From assembly GCA_963699445.1 (NCBI GenBank), contig CAVOTX010000007.1:303310-367309 (forward strand): 64,000 nucleotides of DNA, written 5' to 3'. The translations under genes and the position numbers were made by a program. Source of the DNA: an uncultured Planctomycetia bacterium. Its GTDB lineage: Bacteria; Planctomycetota; Planctomycetia; Pirellulales; PALSA-1355. Below the pieces are notes generated by a model. It saw only the letters and a list, made by a program, of their open reading frames with translations, was not told the DNA's origin and made no database searches. Position 1 is the first letter of the stretch, and every line of letters begins with the position of its first letter. This document shows positions 1 through 11,626 of this stretch, piece after piece.

Positions 1-306
1 TATTTCTATTTCCGCCGGTTGGTCCTCCCGGCCCTGACGATTTATCTGCTGCTCGGCATGGGTTGCCACCGGCCGCCACAAATTGGACAGGAAAACCGCC
101 GACTCATTACCTCGTTGCGGACGGCCGTCGCCGCGCACAAGGTCGATTGGCTCGATCTGAATGCCCGGGCAATCAACGACCGCTATGAGGCCGGATCACT
201 CTCTGGGGAGCAATACGCGGCATTGAAATCCATTATCGACCACGCGCGAGAGGGCAATTGGGCGGACGCTGAACTAGAGGTCAACCAGCTTGCAAAAGCG
301 CAATAG
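1..306 (+). CDS. small putative lipoprotein; 5' end runs off the window
   Basis: Frame 1 is open from base 1 (YFYFRRLVLPALTIYLLLGMGC...). This gives a basic then hydrophobic leader ending in a lipobox-like LLGMGC. Stop at 304-306. No recognisable family. Confidence 0.35.
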   Translation, partial: YFYFRRLVLPALTIYLLLGMGCHRPPQIGQENRRLITSLRTAVAAHKVDWLDLNARAINDRYEAGSLSGEQYAALKSIIDHAREGNWADAELEVNQLAKAQ

Positions 307-456
307 TCGACCGGTAAAGACGCCGCAAATCGCGCAAGAAACCGCAAATTATTGAGGGCAATTCAAAACGGCGGCCGGAGAATGTAAGCATGACGGCGCC
401 CTGGGAGCATCCCTGCAAAGCCCCGGGATGAAAACGTCGACCCCCACGACGGCCGG

Positions 457-1527
457 TCATAGGGATAGGGAACTGGTGTCGATGACCAGCGCATCCTGGC
501 GGTTCGACAGCCGGCGATGCAATTCGGCGTCGATCGTATAGTCGATTCCATGCACCGATCCGTCGGCAAAAACCATCTGGAATACGCCCGCATGGATGCT
601 GCCCCAAATCCAGAAGTTGTTGTAGCCCGGTGTGTCTTGCACGGGGGGCATGCAGGGGGACGGGTAACCGGGGCTGCCCGGCAGAGGGCACGGTGCGCCG
701 CCTGTGGAAGCGGTGCGGGCATTGTCCCAATTCAGCCCGGTGAATGCGTCTTCATTATCGCCGAGATCGCTGCCGGTCGTGTAAAGTTCCGGCTGCAAGT
801 ATTTTTCGCCGATGAGATAAGTCTTGGACAAGCCGTCGGTGATTTGCCGCAGCTTCAACTCGGCGTGCGGAACGCAAGTGCCGTTCGAGGACGGGTAACC
901 AACCCAGAAAGTGCCGTCGCCTTGTGCGAAAGTCGAAGGTTGACCGGTCTGCGTCGCATCGACGACGGTATTGTCCCCGGCGTTGCAGGCGTAGTCCGTG
1001 TGAATGACAAGCGGCGCAGAGCCGACGTTGAGTTCCCCCGATCCCTGGGCAGGGAAGAGCGCGTACTGTCGACGGCTGGGGCACATGATGCCGGGCACGA
1101 CCGTGGTGATGACTTGCACCATCGCCACGGCCTTAGGTGAACTGGTGCTGGGAGCGCCGGCATTCAGGCCTTGACCGATCTGGGCAAGCGCCGTCTCTTC
1201 GATGTAGGGCAAGACGCAATACAGCCAGCCGCCCGGTTGGCTCAAGCCGGAACCCCGATCCGGATCTCCGGTCCAGGCAAATCCCCAACCTTCCGTGGGC
1301 AGAAAGCGCCTGGCCGATTCGTGCTCCAGGATGGCCAGCCCCAACTGCTTGAGATTGTTCGAACATTGGGTGCGCCGAGCCGACTCCCGCGCGGCCTGCA
1401 CGGCCGGCAACAAGAGCGCGATCAGGATGCCGATGATGGCGATCACGACCAAAAGCTCGACCAGCGTAAAAGCGTGCGGAAAACGTGCGCTTGCGCGAGG
1501 TTGATTTGTCGGCCGTACGTTGTCCAT
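457..1527 (-). CDS. DUF1559 / H-X9-DG protein with prepilin-type N-terminal cleavage-methylation segment
   Basis: From the ATG at 1527: MDNVRPTNQ...[42 protein letters not shown]. The C-terminus has [12 protein letters not shown] (H-X9-DG). The ORF stays open to 1635, but the upstream part is Arg-rich junk. Confidence 0.85.
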   Translation of the reverse strand: MDNVRPTNQPRASARFPHAFTLVELLVVIAIIGILIALLLPAVQAARESARRTQCSNNLKQLGLAILEHESARRFLPTEGWGFAWTGDPDRGSGLSQPGGWLYCVLPYIEETALAQIGQGLNAGAPSTSSPKAVAMVQVITTVVPGIMCPSRRQYALFPAQGSGELNVGSAPLVIHTDYACNAGDNTVVDATQTGQPSTFAQGDGTFWVGYPSSNGTCVPHAELKLRQITDGLSKTYLIGEKYLQPELYTTGSDLGDNEDAFTGLNWDNARTASTGGAPCPLPGSPGYPSPCMPPVQDTPGYNNFWIWGSIHAGVFQMVFADGSVHGIDYTIDAELHRRLSNRQDALVIDTSSLSL

Positions 1528-1692
1528 GATCGGGGGTTCGCCGGAGCTGAATGACGACTCGAACGGCCGGCCTGCGCTGTTGGTAGAACGCCGGCGCAAA
1601 TCGATACCGCATCGATGACCGGGACGATGCGCCAAGCGCCCTCGCTCCGAATCGCTGAGATTATAGCAACTGACCTCCGAATTGCCGAACCG

Positions 1693-3035
1693 CTACCGAT
1701 CCTGGGCGATTTCGGCCAGCGCGGCCCGGGCGGCCGCAACCGTGACGTCGACGTCGGCGTCGCTGTGGGCGGCCGAGACGAACAGGGCCTCGTATTGGCT
1801 GCAAGGCATGTAGACGCCCCGATCGATCAGACCCCAAAAATAGCGGGCGTAGCGGCCGCGTATCGCGACCGGCTGGCCGTAGTTCCAATCGACGACCGGC
1901 TCGGCATTGAAGAACAGCGTCATCATGCTGCCGACGCGGCCAATTGGCTGGCGGCACGCCGGCGTCCCGGGCCGCCTGCTGCCAAACCCTGCGCCAGCCG
2001 TGCGCTGAGCCGCTTCGATCCGCCGATAAGGGCCTGTCCGTCGCCGAGCAGCTTCGAGCGTGGCGATTCCGGCGGCCGTGGCCAGCGGATTGCCGCTGAG
2101 CGTGCCGGCCTGAAAAACCTTGCCGGCCGGCAGCACGTGGTCCATGATGTCGGCCCGGCCGCCGTAGGCGCCCACCGGCAGGCCGCCGCCGATGATCTTG
2201 CCCAAGGTGGTCAGGTCGGGCGTCGATGCCAAGCAGCGACTGGGCCCCGCCGTAGGCCACGCGGAAGCCGGTCATCACTTCGTCGAAAATCAGCAGCGCG
2301 CCGTGCTCGCGGGTCGAGCTGCCGCAGGGCCGCGGCGAAGAGATTCGCGCGTCGGCACACGCAGCCCATGTTGCCGACCACCGGCTCGACGATCACGGCG
2401 GCGATTCGTCGCTTTGTGCCGGCGAAGGCCGCCTCCAGCCCGGCCGGATCGTTGTAGGCCAGCACCAGCGTATCGCGGGCCGTGCCGGCGGTGACGCCCG
2501 GCGAGTTGGGCACGCCCAGCGTGGCGGCCGAACTGCCGGCCGCGACCAGCAGGCTATCGACGTGGCCGTGATAATTGCCGGCGAACTTCACGATCATATC
2601 GCGGCCGGTGAAGCCGCGGGCCAGCCGGATCGCGCTCATCGTGGCTTCGGTTCCGGAGTTGACCAGCCGCACCTTCTCGATCGACGGCACGGCCTCGATG
2701 ATCAAGCTCGGCCAGTTCGCTTTCGGCCTCGGTCGGCGCGCCGAAGCTGGTGCCCCGCTCGGCGGCTCGCTGCACGGCCGCGACCACTTGCGGGTGGCAG
2801 TGCCCCAGGATCATCGGGCCCCAGGAGCCGATGTAGTCGATGATAGCGATTGCCGTCGAGGTCGTAGAGGTAGGCCCCTTGGCCGCGCTCGAAAAAGATC
2901 GGCTCGCCGCCGACGCCGCCGAAGGCCCGGGCCGGGCTGTTCGACGCCGCCGGGCATGAGTTGCCGGGCGCGGGCGAAGGCTGCGTGGCTTTTGGGACCC
3001 GGGTCGGAGGGTGCTTGAGGATAATGTTTGTTCAT
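1693..3035 (-). pseudogene. hemL: glutamate-1-semialdehyde 2,1-aminomutase, frameshifted as sequenced (at least 5 breaks; may be assembly error)
   Basis: Colinear pieces occur in three frames: [14 protein letters not shown] / [33 protein letters not shown] / [18 protein letters not shown] / [47 protein letters not shown] / [22 protein letters not shown] / [33 protein letters not shown] / [10 protein letters not shown]. Where I could resolve the breaks (near 2940, 2843, 2700, 2307) they look like single-base insertions. Confidence 0.85.
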
Positions 3036-3290
3036 GGTTTACGACCGGCACAATCGGCCGGCGATTGAGTGCTCTGTAAGCGTACGACGTGCCCGACGAA
3101 AGTGTACGGTCTGGCGGTCGGTAAAGGTATTGGCGCCCGCCTGGCATCGCGGCGGCTGCCGTTGTCGCGATTGAATATGTCGTTTTTCTTCAGTACGAAA
3201 AAGAGCAGCCCCCGCCGTTTCGGGCGGGAGCTGTTTGACTGCATCGCTCGATTCCGGGCCGCCTTGGTAAGCGACTGGCAGTCGCCTTCG

Positions 3291-5479
3291 CTACTTCTGA
3301 GTCGATTCGCTTTGCAGCGACTCAATCACTTCGCTGGTCATGTTGGCGGCCAGGTCCTTGAGGCCGGCGGCCTCGTGGCCATCGGCCGGTTGCCAGCCCG
3401 ACTTTTCGGCCACCAGCAAGTCGATCAACAAGCCTAGCATGCCGCCGCCCGCTTGAGGCTGGCCATCGGCCCCGCCGCCGACAAACAGCCGCTCCGGCAC
3501 CAGCGGCTGCGATGCTGCGCGATAAGTGCTCGGTGACGACCGACAGCGCATACAGCCGCGGGTCGCCGAACGAGCGAATCTTATTTTGCAGCACGGCCGC
3601 TTCGGCCAGGCCGACCTGCATGGCGTGCTGGCCTTCGCCGCGGCCGGCCAGCTTGAACTGCTGGCTTTCGGCTTCGGCCATCAGCACCGTTTGCTCGGCC
3701 TGCCGGCGCGAACGGGCCAGTTCGGCTTCGGCCACCACGACCGTCTGCTCGGCCTGCTTGCGCGCTCGGGCCAGTTCGGCCTCGCCCTGGTTCTCGGCGA
3801 TCTGCACTTGCACCTGGCGTTGGTCAGTTGCGTTTGCATCGTTGGCCTGGGCCTGCGCTTCGTTGAGCGTCCGCAGCTTTTCGGCCGCGGCCGTCTGCCG
3901 AGCGTAGGTTTCGAGCTGCTCGATGCGACAACTGCCGCTGCCGCAGTTGTTCGAGCAGCACTTCGATCTTGCCGCCGCCTCCTCGGCCGTGTCCGGCTTG
4001 CCGATGAGCACGTCGACGCACTCGATGTCGAAGTCGCGGAACTTGCGGCGCAGTTCGGCCGCGGGCCTCGCCCTGGATCGCGTCGCGCTCGTGCAGCAGC
4101 TCGAGCATGGTCTTCTGGTGGGCGACGTCGCGGAAGTAGGCGCTGAGCATCGGGTCGAGCGTCTGCGTGATCAGCTTCTTCACGTCGCCGAACCGCTGGA
4201 TCACGCTCGGGCGCCTGCTGGTAGTCGATGTGCACGACCACCGACAGCGGCAGCAGCGGCTCGTAGGCGTCTTTGGTGACCAGGTCGATCGACCGCAGGC
4301 TTTCGTCGTAGCGGTGCGATTCGGTCTTGCCGGTGATCCAGTGCAGCACGAAGTTCGTGGTCGGCACCAGCACGATGCTGCCGGCGTAGGTGTTGAAGGG
4401 GTACTTGCCCGGGCCGAGCGGCCGTTCCCACACGCCGCGCTCGCCGTGCGGCCACGCGCTCGCCGTGCCGGAAGGCCGTGCCGGAAACGTCCGCTGCCCT
4501 GCGGCCGTAATAGCTGACGACCACGCCGACGTAGCCGATGGGCACCACCGTCTTGGGGATCATCTCCACCGTGGCGAACCAGCGATTGATGAAGTAGGTG
4601 CCGTCGGTGAGCGGCACATACTGCCGGCCGCGCCGGCCGCCGGCCCGCAGAAACGCCTCGGGATCCTGGAAGTTGTTGTGATAGTTCGGGTCGGCCGGAT
4701 CGGTGCCGACGCCCGGGGCGATGATTTCGCCGGGCGGCAGCGAGGGGCCGTCGTGGACGGTGACGATGCCGATGCTGTCGACGCAGATCGGCTTGTCGGC
4801 GTCGAGCGGGTCGACGGCGCTCGATCGGCGCACCGATGACCACCGGGTCGAACCCGTCGATCTCGAGCAGCTCTTCACGCCACGAGGAGGCCATCGTTCG
4901 CTCTTGCGGTTGCGAGACCTGGCTCAGGCCATGCACCGCAGTTCTCGGTGATCACGACGAACAGGGCCGGATTGATGGCGTAAACGCCTTCGCGCAGGAT
5001 GGCCCGCTGGCGGCCGCGCTGGCCGATCAATCCATGGCCATTGCCGGTCAGAAAGGCACGGGCGTCCTGGAAGTTCTTGCAGTCGATGACGCGGCCCAGC
5101 GTCTGGCTGGGCGGCAGCGGCTCGCCGTCGCGGGCATAGACGTAGCCGATCTTGCCTTGCGGAATCGTGACCAGCGGAGTCTTGTGAACGCGATACTGCC
5201 AGCGCCACAGCCGAAGTGCAAACCGCCGCGGAGCAGGTCGGCCTGAAAGCCGGCCTCGCCGTTCAGCGCAATGATGCGGCCTTCCGAAACCGAGCCGGTC
5301 GCCGACCAGAGTTTTTCCACGACGCCGACCTTGTTGTTCGGGATGTAGCGAACCGTCAGCCAACTGATCAACAGCAGCACCAGCGCAACCGCCGCGGCAA
5401 TCAAAATGCCGATTTCCAGCGAGTGAAACCACGGGGCATCGAGCCATTGGGGTCGCACAGCGGCAAACAATAGGAACAT
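3291..5479 (-). pseudogene. flotillin-like SPFH/band-7 membrane protein (YqiK type), frameshifted as sequenced (at least 6 breaks)
   Basis: N-terminal TM helix, then IPNNKVGVVEKLW..IALNGEAGFQADLLRGGLHFG / LWRWQYRVHKTPLVTIPQGKIGYVYARDGEPL...RGRQRAILREGVYAINPALFVV. Later pieces include PLGPGKYPFNTYAGSIVLVPTTNFVLHWITGK and a long coiled-coil (AEAELARSRRQAEQTVLMAEAESQQ). The pieces are spread over ORFs 5048-5479, 4875-5591, 4201-4878, 3681-4433, 3824-4936, 3322-4011 and 3291-3551. Confidence 0.7.
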
Positions 5480-5911
5480 AGAGCACCTCAGGGGGACTGG
5501 TTTTTCGGTCCCCGGCGAACGAGTGCTCCCGTGCCGAGTGTGACGCCACTAGAGACGAGGAGTGCTCTTTCAAATTGGGCCGCGACGACAAGATCGCGAC
5601 CGGCCTACGAGGTTAGCTGACGGGCTAGGGCTTGAAAGTGCCCCGGCTCGCGGCGTCGCGAGCCTGCGCCCAAAAAAGGCTGACCTAGAGCCCCTTTTAT
5701 TGGGTCCCCCGTTCCCGCATCGGTCTGGATGCGAGACTCGGCTACACGTGCATCATTATAATCGTTGTTCCCAGCGGCCTTGCGGATTAGGCCACAAGTC
5801 ACATCGAGGCAATCGCTTAGCAGAGAAAATCGATTTGGTTCGCAAACTAACGGCCAGCCGTGGGGCATTCCAAGTCTCGGCCGAGTGGAAATCGCGATCG
5901 CAGGTTCTGAC

Positions 5912-6080
5912 TTAGGCCAGCCAGCGGGCGACGTCCTTGGCCCAATAGGTCAGGATGATTCCGGCCCCGGCCCGTCTGATGGCGGTGAGCATTTCCAGCG
6001 CCGTGGCTCGCTCGCCGAGCCAGCCTTGGGCCGCGGCCGCTTTGACCATGCTGAATTCGCCCGAAACTTTGAAGGTGCCC
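5912..6080 (-). pseudogene. orphan duplicate of the hemB 3' end (last ~50 codons plus stop)
   Basis: 5912-6067 matches 7242-7398 with 6 substitutions and one 1-nt indel by hand alignment. It encodes [51 protein letters not shown], joined upstream to unrelated sequence. Confidence 0.8.
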
Positions 6081-6227
6081 TCGTCATTCCCCGGGCCGCC
6101 GCTCGGGGAGAGCCGCATCCCAGATATGTCGTTCGGATCCCAATAAGTCCGCGATCCTGCGCCATTCTTGGGACCGCAGGCTTTCGGGCGGCGGCAGTCC
6201 GCACTCGTTCGTTGCCCACATTGGTGC

Positions 6228-6256
6228 TTGACTTCCCCGCTTGCGGACGGGATGAT
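6228..6256 (+). promoter_or_regulatory. candidate sigma70-type promoter for the PEP-CTERM gene at 6314
   Basis: TTGACT (6228-6233), 17-nt spacer, GATGAT (6251-6256). The -35 sits in the TGCTTGAC context shared with other PEP-CTERM genes in this window. Confidence 0.35.
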
Positions 6257-6313
6257 CGATCCAAGAATAGTCTTATCTGAACTGCCGAGTTTCATTCCAA
6301 GAGGGACGCAATC

Positions 6314-6982
6314 ATGACCTTGGCTCTGCGACTCTGCGCGGTAGCGATTTGTGCGATTGCCGCCTCATGGGTCAGCGCAGTTGCGCACGCTGGAGTCGTT
6401 CCGCTGACGAATTCGACTTTCTCCGATCCGGCCCAAGGGTCGTTCATGTCCACGCCCGGCAGTTTTTCCGGGTGGACGACCGGCGGCAATGGTGGCGTCT
6501 TGAATTACACCCCTTATAACGGCGCCCCCAACGAAGGCCCCTATTGGCCAACCGTGCCGGGGGGCACCACATTCGCCTACAGCAACGGCGACAATCTAAC
6601 GCAGATCACGACCAGTTCCCTGGGTCTCATCACTCCCGGAACGACCTACCAATTGACGGTCAGTGTCGGCGAGGGAATCGGATTCACGCCATTAGACAAC
6701 ACCATTGCCCTCATTCTTCCGAACGGCTTCGTGCTCAATTCGCTCACCGCCCCAAACACGATCGGATACTTCTCGATCGAGACGTTAAAATACACCGCGC
6801 CGCTGTCGGGCCCTGTGCTGGATCAGCAGATTGGCGTCCAACTGGGCTCCGCCGGCGTCCAGAGCAATTTCGATAGCGTCGTTCTTTCGACGGTTCCCGA
6901 GCCGGGTTCATTCATGGTTTGGGGCGTTTGCTTTGGAGCAGTAGCCCTTATTCGTCGCAGGATGCGGAGGCGAACGGCGTAG
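6314..6982 (+). CDS. PEP-CTERM sorting-domain secreted protein
   Basis: Signal peptide MTLALRLCAVAICAIAASWVSAVAHA. C-terminus VPEPGSFMVWGVCFGAVALIRRRMRRRTA has the PEP motif, a TM helix and an Arg cluster. Confidence 0.85.
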   Translation: MTLALRLCAVAICAIAASWVSAVAHAGVVPLTNSTFSDPAQGSFMSTPGSFSGWTTGGNGGVLNYTPYNGAPNEGPYWPTVPGGTTFAYSNGDNLTQITTSSLGLITPGTTYQLTVSVGEGIGFTPLDNTIALILPNGFVLNSLTAPNTIGYFSIETLKYTAPLSGPVLDQQIGVQLGSAGVQSNFDSVVLSTVPEPGSFMVWGVCFGAVALIRRRMRRRTA

Positions 6983-7001
6983 ACCAAATTTGCAGCAGCA
7001 G

Positions 7002-7034
7002 AACCGCCGAGCGTTGCTCGGGCGGTTTTTTTAT
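7002..7034 (+). terminator. intrinsic terminator after the PEP-CTERM gene
   Basis: AACCGCCGAG-cgttg-CTCGGGCGGTT stem (one bulge) followed by TTTTTTT. Confidence 0.6.
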
Positions 7035-7133
7035 TGCGCATGCCACTGTCTCGCGACGCCACTCTGGAAGAATGGGTAAGAAACTCGAAGGCTTCATCCG
7101 GTGCGGCGGTATCGATCTGCTCATGTTCCTGGG

Positions 7134-7245
7134 CGTCTGTTGAAAAATGCCCGTCGCGGCTCGCAATATTCACGACTTACGTCGCGATTTTGGCATCGCA
7201 TCCTTGCGATGGCGCAGCCTGTTGAATACTTCAACGGGCTGTTAG
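7134..7245 (+). mobile_element. short copy (~112 bp) of the MITE-like element, abutting the hemB stop codon
   Basis: Both element ends are retained (CTGTTGAAAAATGCC... and ...ATTTTGGCATCGCATCCTTGCG..GCAGCCTGTTGAATACTTCAACGGGCTGTTAG), but the central part is missing. Compare 36971-37128. Confidence 0.6.
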
Positions 7246-8276
7246 GCCAGCCAGCGGGCGACGTCCTTGGCCCAATAGGTCAGGATGATTCCGGCCCCGG
7301 CGCGCTTGATGGCGGTGAGCATTTCGAGCGCCGTCGGCTCGCTCGTCGAGCCAGCCTTGGGCCGCGGCCGCTTTGACCATGCTGAATTCGCCTGAAACAT
7401 TGTAGGCGGCCAGCGGCACGCCGGGGAACCGGTCGCGGGCTGCCCGGACGATGTCGAGGTAGGCCAGCGCCGGCTTGACCATCACCAGATCGGCCCCTTC
7501 GGCCAGATCGAGCTCGATCTCGCGCAGCGCCTGGCCGGGATCGGACGCCGGGTCCATCTGGTAACCGCGGCGATCGCCGAATTGCGGGGCGCTGCCGGCC
7601 GCGTCGCGAAACGGCCCGTAAAAGGCGCTGGCGTACTTGGCCGCGTAGCTCATGATCGGCAAGTGGCTGAATTCGGCGGAGTCGAGCGCGGCGCGGATCG
7701 CGCCGACCATGCCGTCGATCATTCCGCTGGGGGCAACCAGGTCGGCCCCGGCCCGGGCGTGGCTCACCGCTTGTTTGGCCAGCAACCCGAGCGTTTGGTC
7801 GTTATCGACATCGCAGCGGCCGGCATGGTCGCCCAGCACGCCGCAATGTCCGTGATCGGTGTACTCGCAAAAGCAGACGTCGGTCATCACCAGCAGGCGT
7901 GGGGCCGCGTGTTTGGCGACGGCCACGGCTGCGCTGAATGATCCCGTCCGCGCTGTACGAATCGCTACCCAGGGGGTCTTTGCCGGCGGGAATGCCGAAC
8001 AAGATCACACCGCCCAGCCCCAAGCCGGCCGCCGTGCGCACTTCGTCGGCCAGCAGATCGGGCGAAAGCTGGAAATGGCCGGGCATTGACGCGATCGGCA
8101 ACCGCTCGTTGTGCCCCGCACGGACAAACAGCGGCAGGATCAGGTTGGCGGGGGAGAGCGTCGTCTGCTGAACCAGTTGCCGCATGGCGGGCAGATACGC
8201 GCAGGCGACGCAATCGCGTCGAGGGGAAGCGGGCCGGCCCGCTATGCTCGCTGTGGTGGTGCTCGGAAAAGCTCAT
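7242..8276 (-). pseudogene. hemB: porphobilinogen synthase (zinc type), frameshifted as sequenced (3 breaks near 8195, 7925, 7340)
   Basis: FPSTRLRRLR / [38 protein letters not shown] / [19 protein letters not shown]...[52 protein letters not shown]. The last break is a 1-nt insertion relative to the orphan copy at 5912. Confidence 0.85.
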
Positions 8277-8404
8277 ACTTCTCTTATAACCCGGCGGCGG
8301 CCGATCGGAAACCGACGCCGGCCCGGATCGCCAGGCAAATCGTCGCTTTGACTGATTGCAGGGCGTTTTTCCCAGCCCGCGGAGCGTGGCTGCCGCTGGG
8401 TTGT

Positions 8405-10219
8405 TCAGGGGTGCGGATCGACTGGTACGGCCGACGGCTGGTCGTCGGGCCCCGGCGGCGCGGCCAGCGCGCGGTGCGCCTGGTCGACCAACTCCCGGGC
8501 CCAGGGCTTCTCTTCATACAAGGTGATGACCGCTTGCCAGACTTTTCGCGCGGACTCGGGATCCGCGGCGGCCAGGCGATCGGCCTCGGCCAACTGAGTC
8601 TCGATGGCTTTGCGGTCCGCACCGATGTCGACGGCGACTTGCTTTTCGAGTCGCTGAAGCTCGTCGCGGGCCAAGCCGACGCACTCGTCCTCGTCGTCGC
8701 CCGACCCGCCGTACAGGTCGACGACGGCCCGGAATTTTTGGATCGCCAGTTCGGGGTTCGAGGTCCGTAACGACAAAGCATCGCTATAGGCACGTTCGAC
8801 CGGCGAGCGGGCACCTTCGCTTTTGAGTTTACGGCTCGTGTTCACGACGTGCCGGCGAGCAGCCAACTCTTTGGCCCGGTCGTTCCATTTCTGCACTTGG
8901 GAGTGGCGGTCGTCGCCGGGAAAACGCTGGAGAAAGTTGCGCAGATCGTTACGCACATCCTTTAGAGCGTTCGGGTCGCTGTGCAGGGCTGCCGTCTCGA
9001 TGCGGGCAAACAACTCGTCGGCCGAAGGGCCCTCGAGCGAATGCCAGGCAAACAGCCCGATGGCCAGCAGGCCCAGGGCCGCGGCGATTGTTTGCCAACT
9101 GGCCAGCGCGCTGTAGAGATCCTCTGCGCCAAGTCGAGGCCTGGGCCACGGAGTCTTCCACTTTGGTAAATCGGCCGCCGACGCCGGTAGCGCTGGTGCG
9201 GACGCCGGTCCCCGCCTCAGACATTCGGATGTCTTGCCCGGCGTTTGGGCCGCCATCGCGGCCAGGCGCCGTCGATTCGCCGGGCCGGGCCAGCGGCGGT
9301 TCGTCGGGCACCAAGGTCGGGCCCAGCGCATCGATCGGCGGTTGGTGCGCATCGGACTGGTCTTCGTCCGGCAGCGCGAAATCCAGCCGCTGCGACGAAA
9401 GCGAAAGTCCGCGATCCATGGCCTCGAGTGCCCGGGCCAGGATCAGCGCGTTGACGAAGTGCTTTTGCGGCTCTTTTTCCAAGAGCTGGCGGATGATGCG
9501 GTCGAGCTCGGTCGGCGTGTCGGGCGCCCAGCGCCGGACCGGCTGCGGCTCGGCAAATCGCTGCAACTGCAGCATTTCGACCAGGGTCGACGCGCGAAAC
9601 GGTGGTCGCCCGGCGAGCAGGGCATACATCACTCCCCCCAGACTGTATTGATCGCAGCGGTCGGTGACCGGCCGGCCGTCGGCCTGCTCGGGAGCCATAT
9701 ACTCGGCCGTGCCCAGCACGCCGCCGTCGTTGGTCAACCGCGTATTGCCGAACAGGCGCGATGCCGAAATCGGAGAGGCGGATTTCGCCCGTCGTGGAGA
9801 GCAGCAGATTGGCCGGTTTGATGTCGCGATGGATGATGCCGTGATCGTGGGCGTGCTTGAGCGCCTTGCAGAGCTTGATCGCCAACTGCGTCACCTCGCG
9901 CCAATGGAACCGGCGCCCGGACGCGCAATTCCTCCTCCAGGCTCGTGCCTTCGACCAGCTCCATCGCATAGAACAGATACTCATCTTCTTCGCCGTATCC
10001 ATACAGGCGCACGATGTTGGGATGCCGCAGCTTCTTGAGCGATTCGATCTCGGCCTCGAAGCGAACGCGAAAGCCCTCTTCGCCGGCCAAATGCGGCGAA
10101 AGCACTTTGATCGCCGCCACTTTGCCGGTCGATTCGTCGACGCCTTGGTAAACGGACCCCATGCCGCCTTGGCCAAGTTTCTTGCCCAACCGGTAGGGAC
10201 CAAGTTTTTCGAATTGCAT
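8405..10219 (-). pseudogene. Ser/Thr protein kinase with a C-terminal TM plus helical domain, frameshifted as sequenced (about 3 breaks)
   Basis: [31 protein letters not shown] / [26 protein letters not shown] / [26 protein letters not shown], then a TM segment (IAAALGLLAIGLFAW) and a helical C-terminus. The pieces lie in ORFs 9734-10231, 9217-10227, 8949-9737 and 8405-9352. Confidence 0.8.
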
Positions 10220-10264
10220 GCCGACACTCAAACAGGCGAAGTAAGCGGAAGAGATGGCAGATGG

Positions 10265-11284
10265 TCACGGAAGCGATGCGATCTCGCCCCCGGCCCGACT
10301 TCCCAAATTGTTGAAGAGCTGATAGTCGATTGTATCGACCGCGAGCTGCACACTGCCGTCTGCCATGACGAATTGCGCCCCGCCAGGATGATAACTCTTG
10401 AATCCGCAGCCCGTGTACCACAGGTTGTCGACGCCATCCGTGGTGGAGTCGAAGGTATCGAGCGGAATCGTGGTGCCCGCGACCGGGAAATTGTTGTTGT
10501 AGGCACCGTTGTACGTGCACTGCGAAGGAATCGTTTCTCCGACCATGAACGTGTGCGCAAGCCCGTCGCTGACGTCGCGAAACTTGATCGGATGGTTCGC
10601 CCGGTCGAAAATCCCGGTCCCGCCCACGACCTGGCCGCCGATCGACGCGCAGCAGCCGTAATCGCTCGTATTGGAGCAGCAATAACAAGGGACCGTGCCC
10701 GCGCAGAACACACACGAGTTGCCCGGCGCCGTGCCGTCGCGAGTGGGTCCCATCGAGCCTGGGTACCACAACCCCATGGATTTTCCGGGGTTTTCACTGC
10801 CGCTCTGGATGCGGCCACCTTGCAGTGGATTGCTGCTCGTCGGGTCGCTAGGACAGACGAAAGTGCTGACGACCGCTTGCACTGCGGCGATGTTGGCCGG
10901 ATCCCAAATCGTCAGTTGAAAATTGAATTGATCGTACGCGTTGTTCTCTTCGAGGAACGGCAGGATCGCGGCCGCCCAGGTCGGGGCCCTCAGGTACTGA
11001 AAATCAGCTCCGCCCGGCAATTTGGCCTTGGCGTTGTGGTGCATCTGCAACCCCAGTCCGATCTGCTTGAGGTTGTTCGCGCACTGCGTTCGCCGCGCCG
11101 ATTCGCGGGCCGCCTGCACTGCCGGCAAGAGCAGCGCAATCAGAATGCCGATGATCGCGATCACGACGAGCAACTCGACGAGGGTAAACGCCGCCGGACG
11201 CAAGCGGAACAGGCATCGCCTTTCGGCCGGCGGACGGCCGGCAAGCCAGCCGATCGAGCGATTGGGGGAAATGCGGGTACCCAT
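10265..11284 (-). CDS. DUF1559 / H-X9-DG protein with prepilin-type N-terminal cleavage-methylation segment
   Basis: From the ATG at 11284: [52 protein letters not shown]. The C-terminus has [12 protein letters not shown] (H-X9-DG). Paralogue of 457-1527. Confidence 0.85.
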   Translation of the reverse strand: MGTRISPNRSIGWLAGRPPAERRCLFRLRPAAFTLVELLVVIAIIGILIALLLPAVQAARESARRTQCANNLKQIGLGLQMHHNAKAKLPGGADFQYLRAPTWAAAILPFLEENNAYDQFNFQLTIWDPANIAAVQAVVSTFVCPSDPTSSNPLQGGRIQSGSENPGKSMGLWYPGSMGPTRDGTAPGNSCVFCAGTVPCYCCSNTSDYGCCASIGGQVVGGTGIFDRANHPIKFRDVSDGLAHTFMVGETIPSQCTYNGAYNNNFPVAGTTIPLDTFDSTTDGVDNLWYTGCGFKSYHPGGAQFVMADGSVQLAVDTIDYQLFNNLGSRAGGEIASLP

Positions 11285-11626
11285 GGTCGATGACAGGCCG
11301 CCCAACAGAAGAAAACGCAGGGTCGAAGTACCTCTCTCAAAAAGCTTAGCGCAGTCCGCAACCGGCTTCAAGCATTCGAGGCATCCGGCGCGTTGCTCGA
11401 CTCGAGCCTGCATTGTAACCGCAGGGCACGGGGGTCGACGGCATTCGTTCGGCCTGCGGCAGAAGGCAGCGTCGAGATGCTGCCCGGCAGGGGGATCCCA
11501 GGCCGCGAAGAAAAGTGAAAAAGCGAGATTGGCAATGTGGCGATGCACGACGACTTCCCTACACTGGAGTAATCGCCGAAAATGAGGTCGCATCCGCTGC
11601 GACGGATCGAACGAGCCGTGCGGCGC

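Noticed and set aside
5562-5915. ORFs in the gap between the flotillin start and the orphan hemB end
   Set aside because: They are short and mutually overlapping on both strands, with no motifs. The gap is probably the flotillin promoter region.
5912-6295. 127-aa chimeric ORF (novel N-terminus plus the hemB C-terminal 50 residues) as a real gene
   Set aside because: The N-terminal 75 residues are low-complexity, with no start context or promoter. It is more simply explained as read-through into the orphan hemB fragment.
9857-11293. 478-aa plus-strand ORF
   Set aside because: It is antisense to the Ser/Thr kinase and the DUF1559 gene, both of which have clear motifs on the minus strand.
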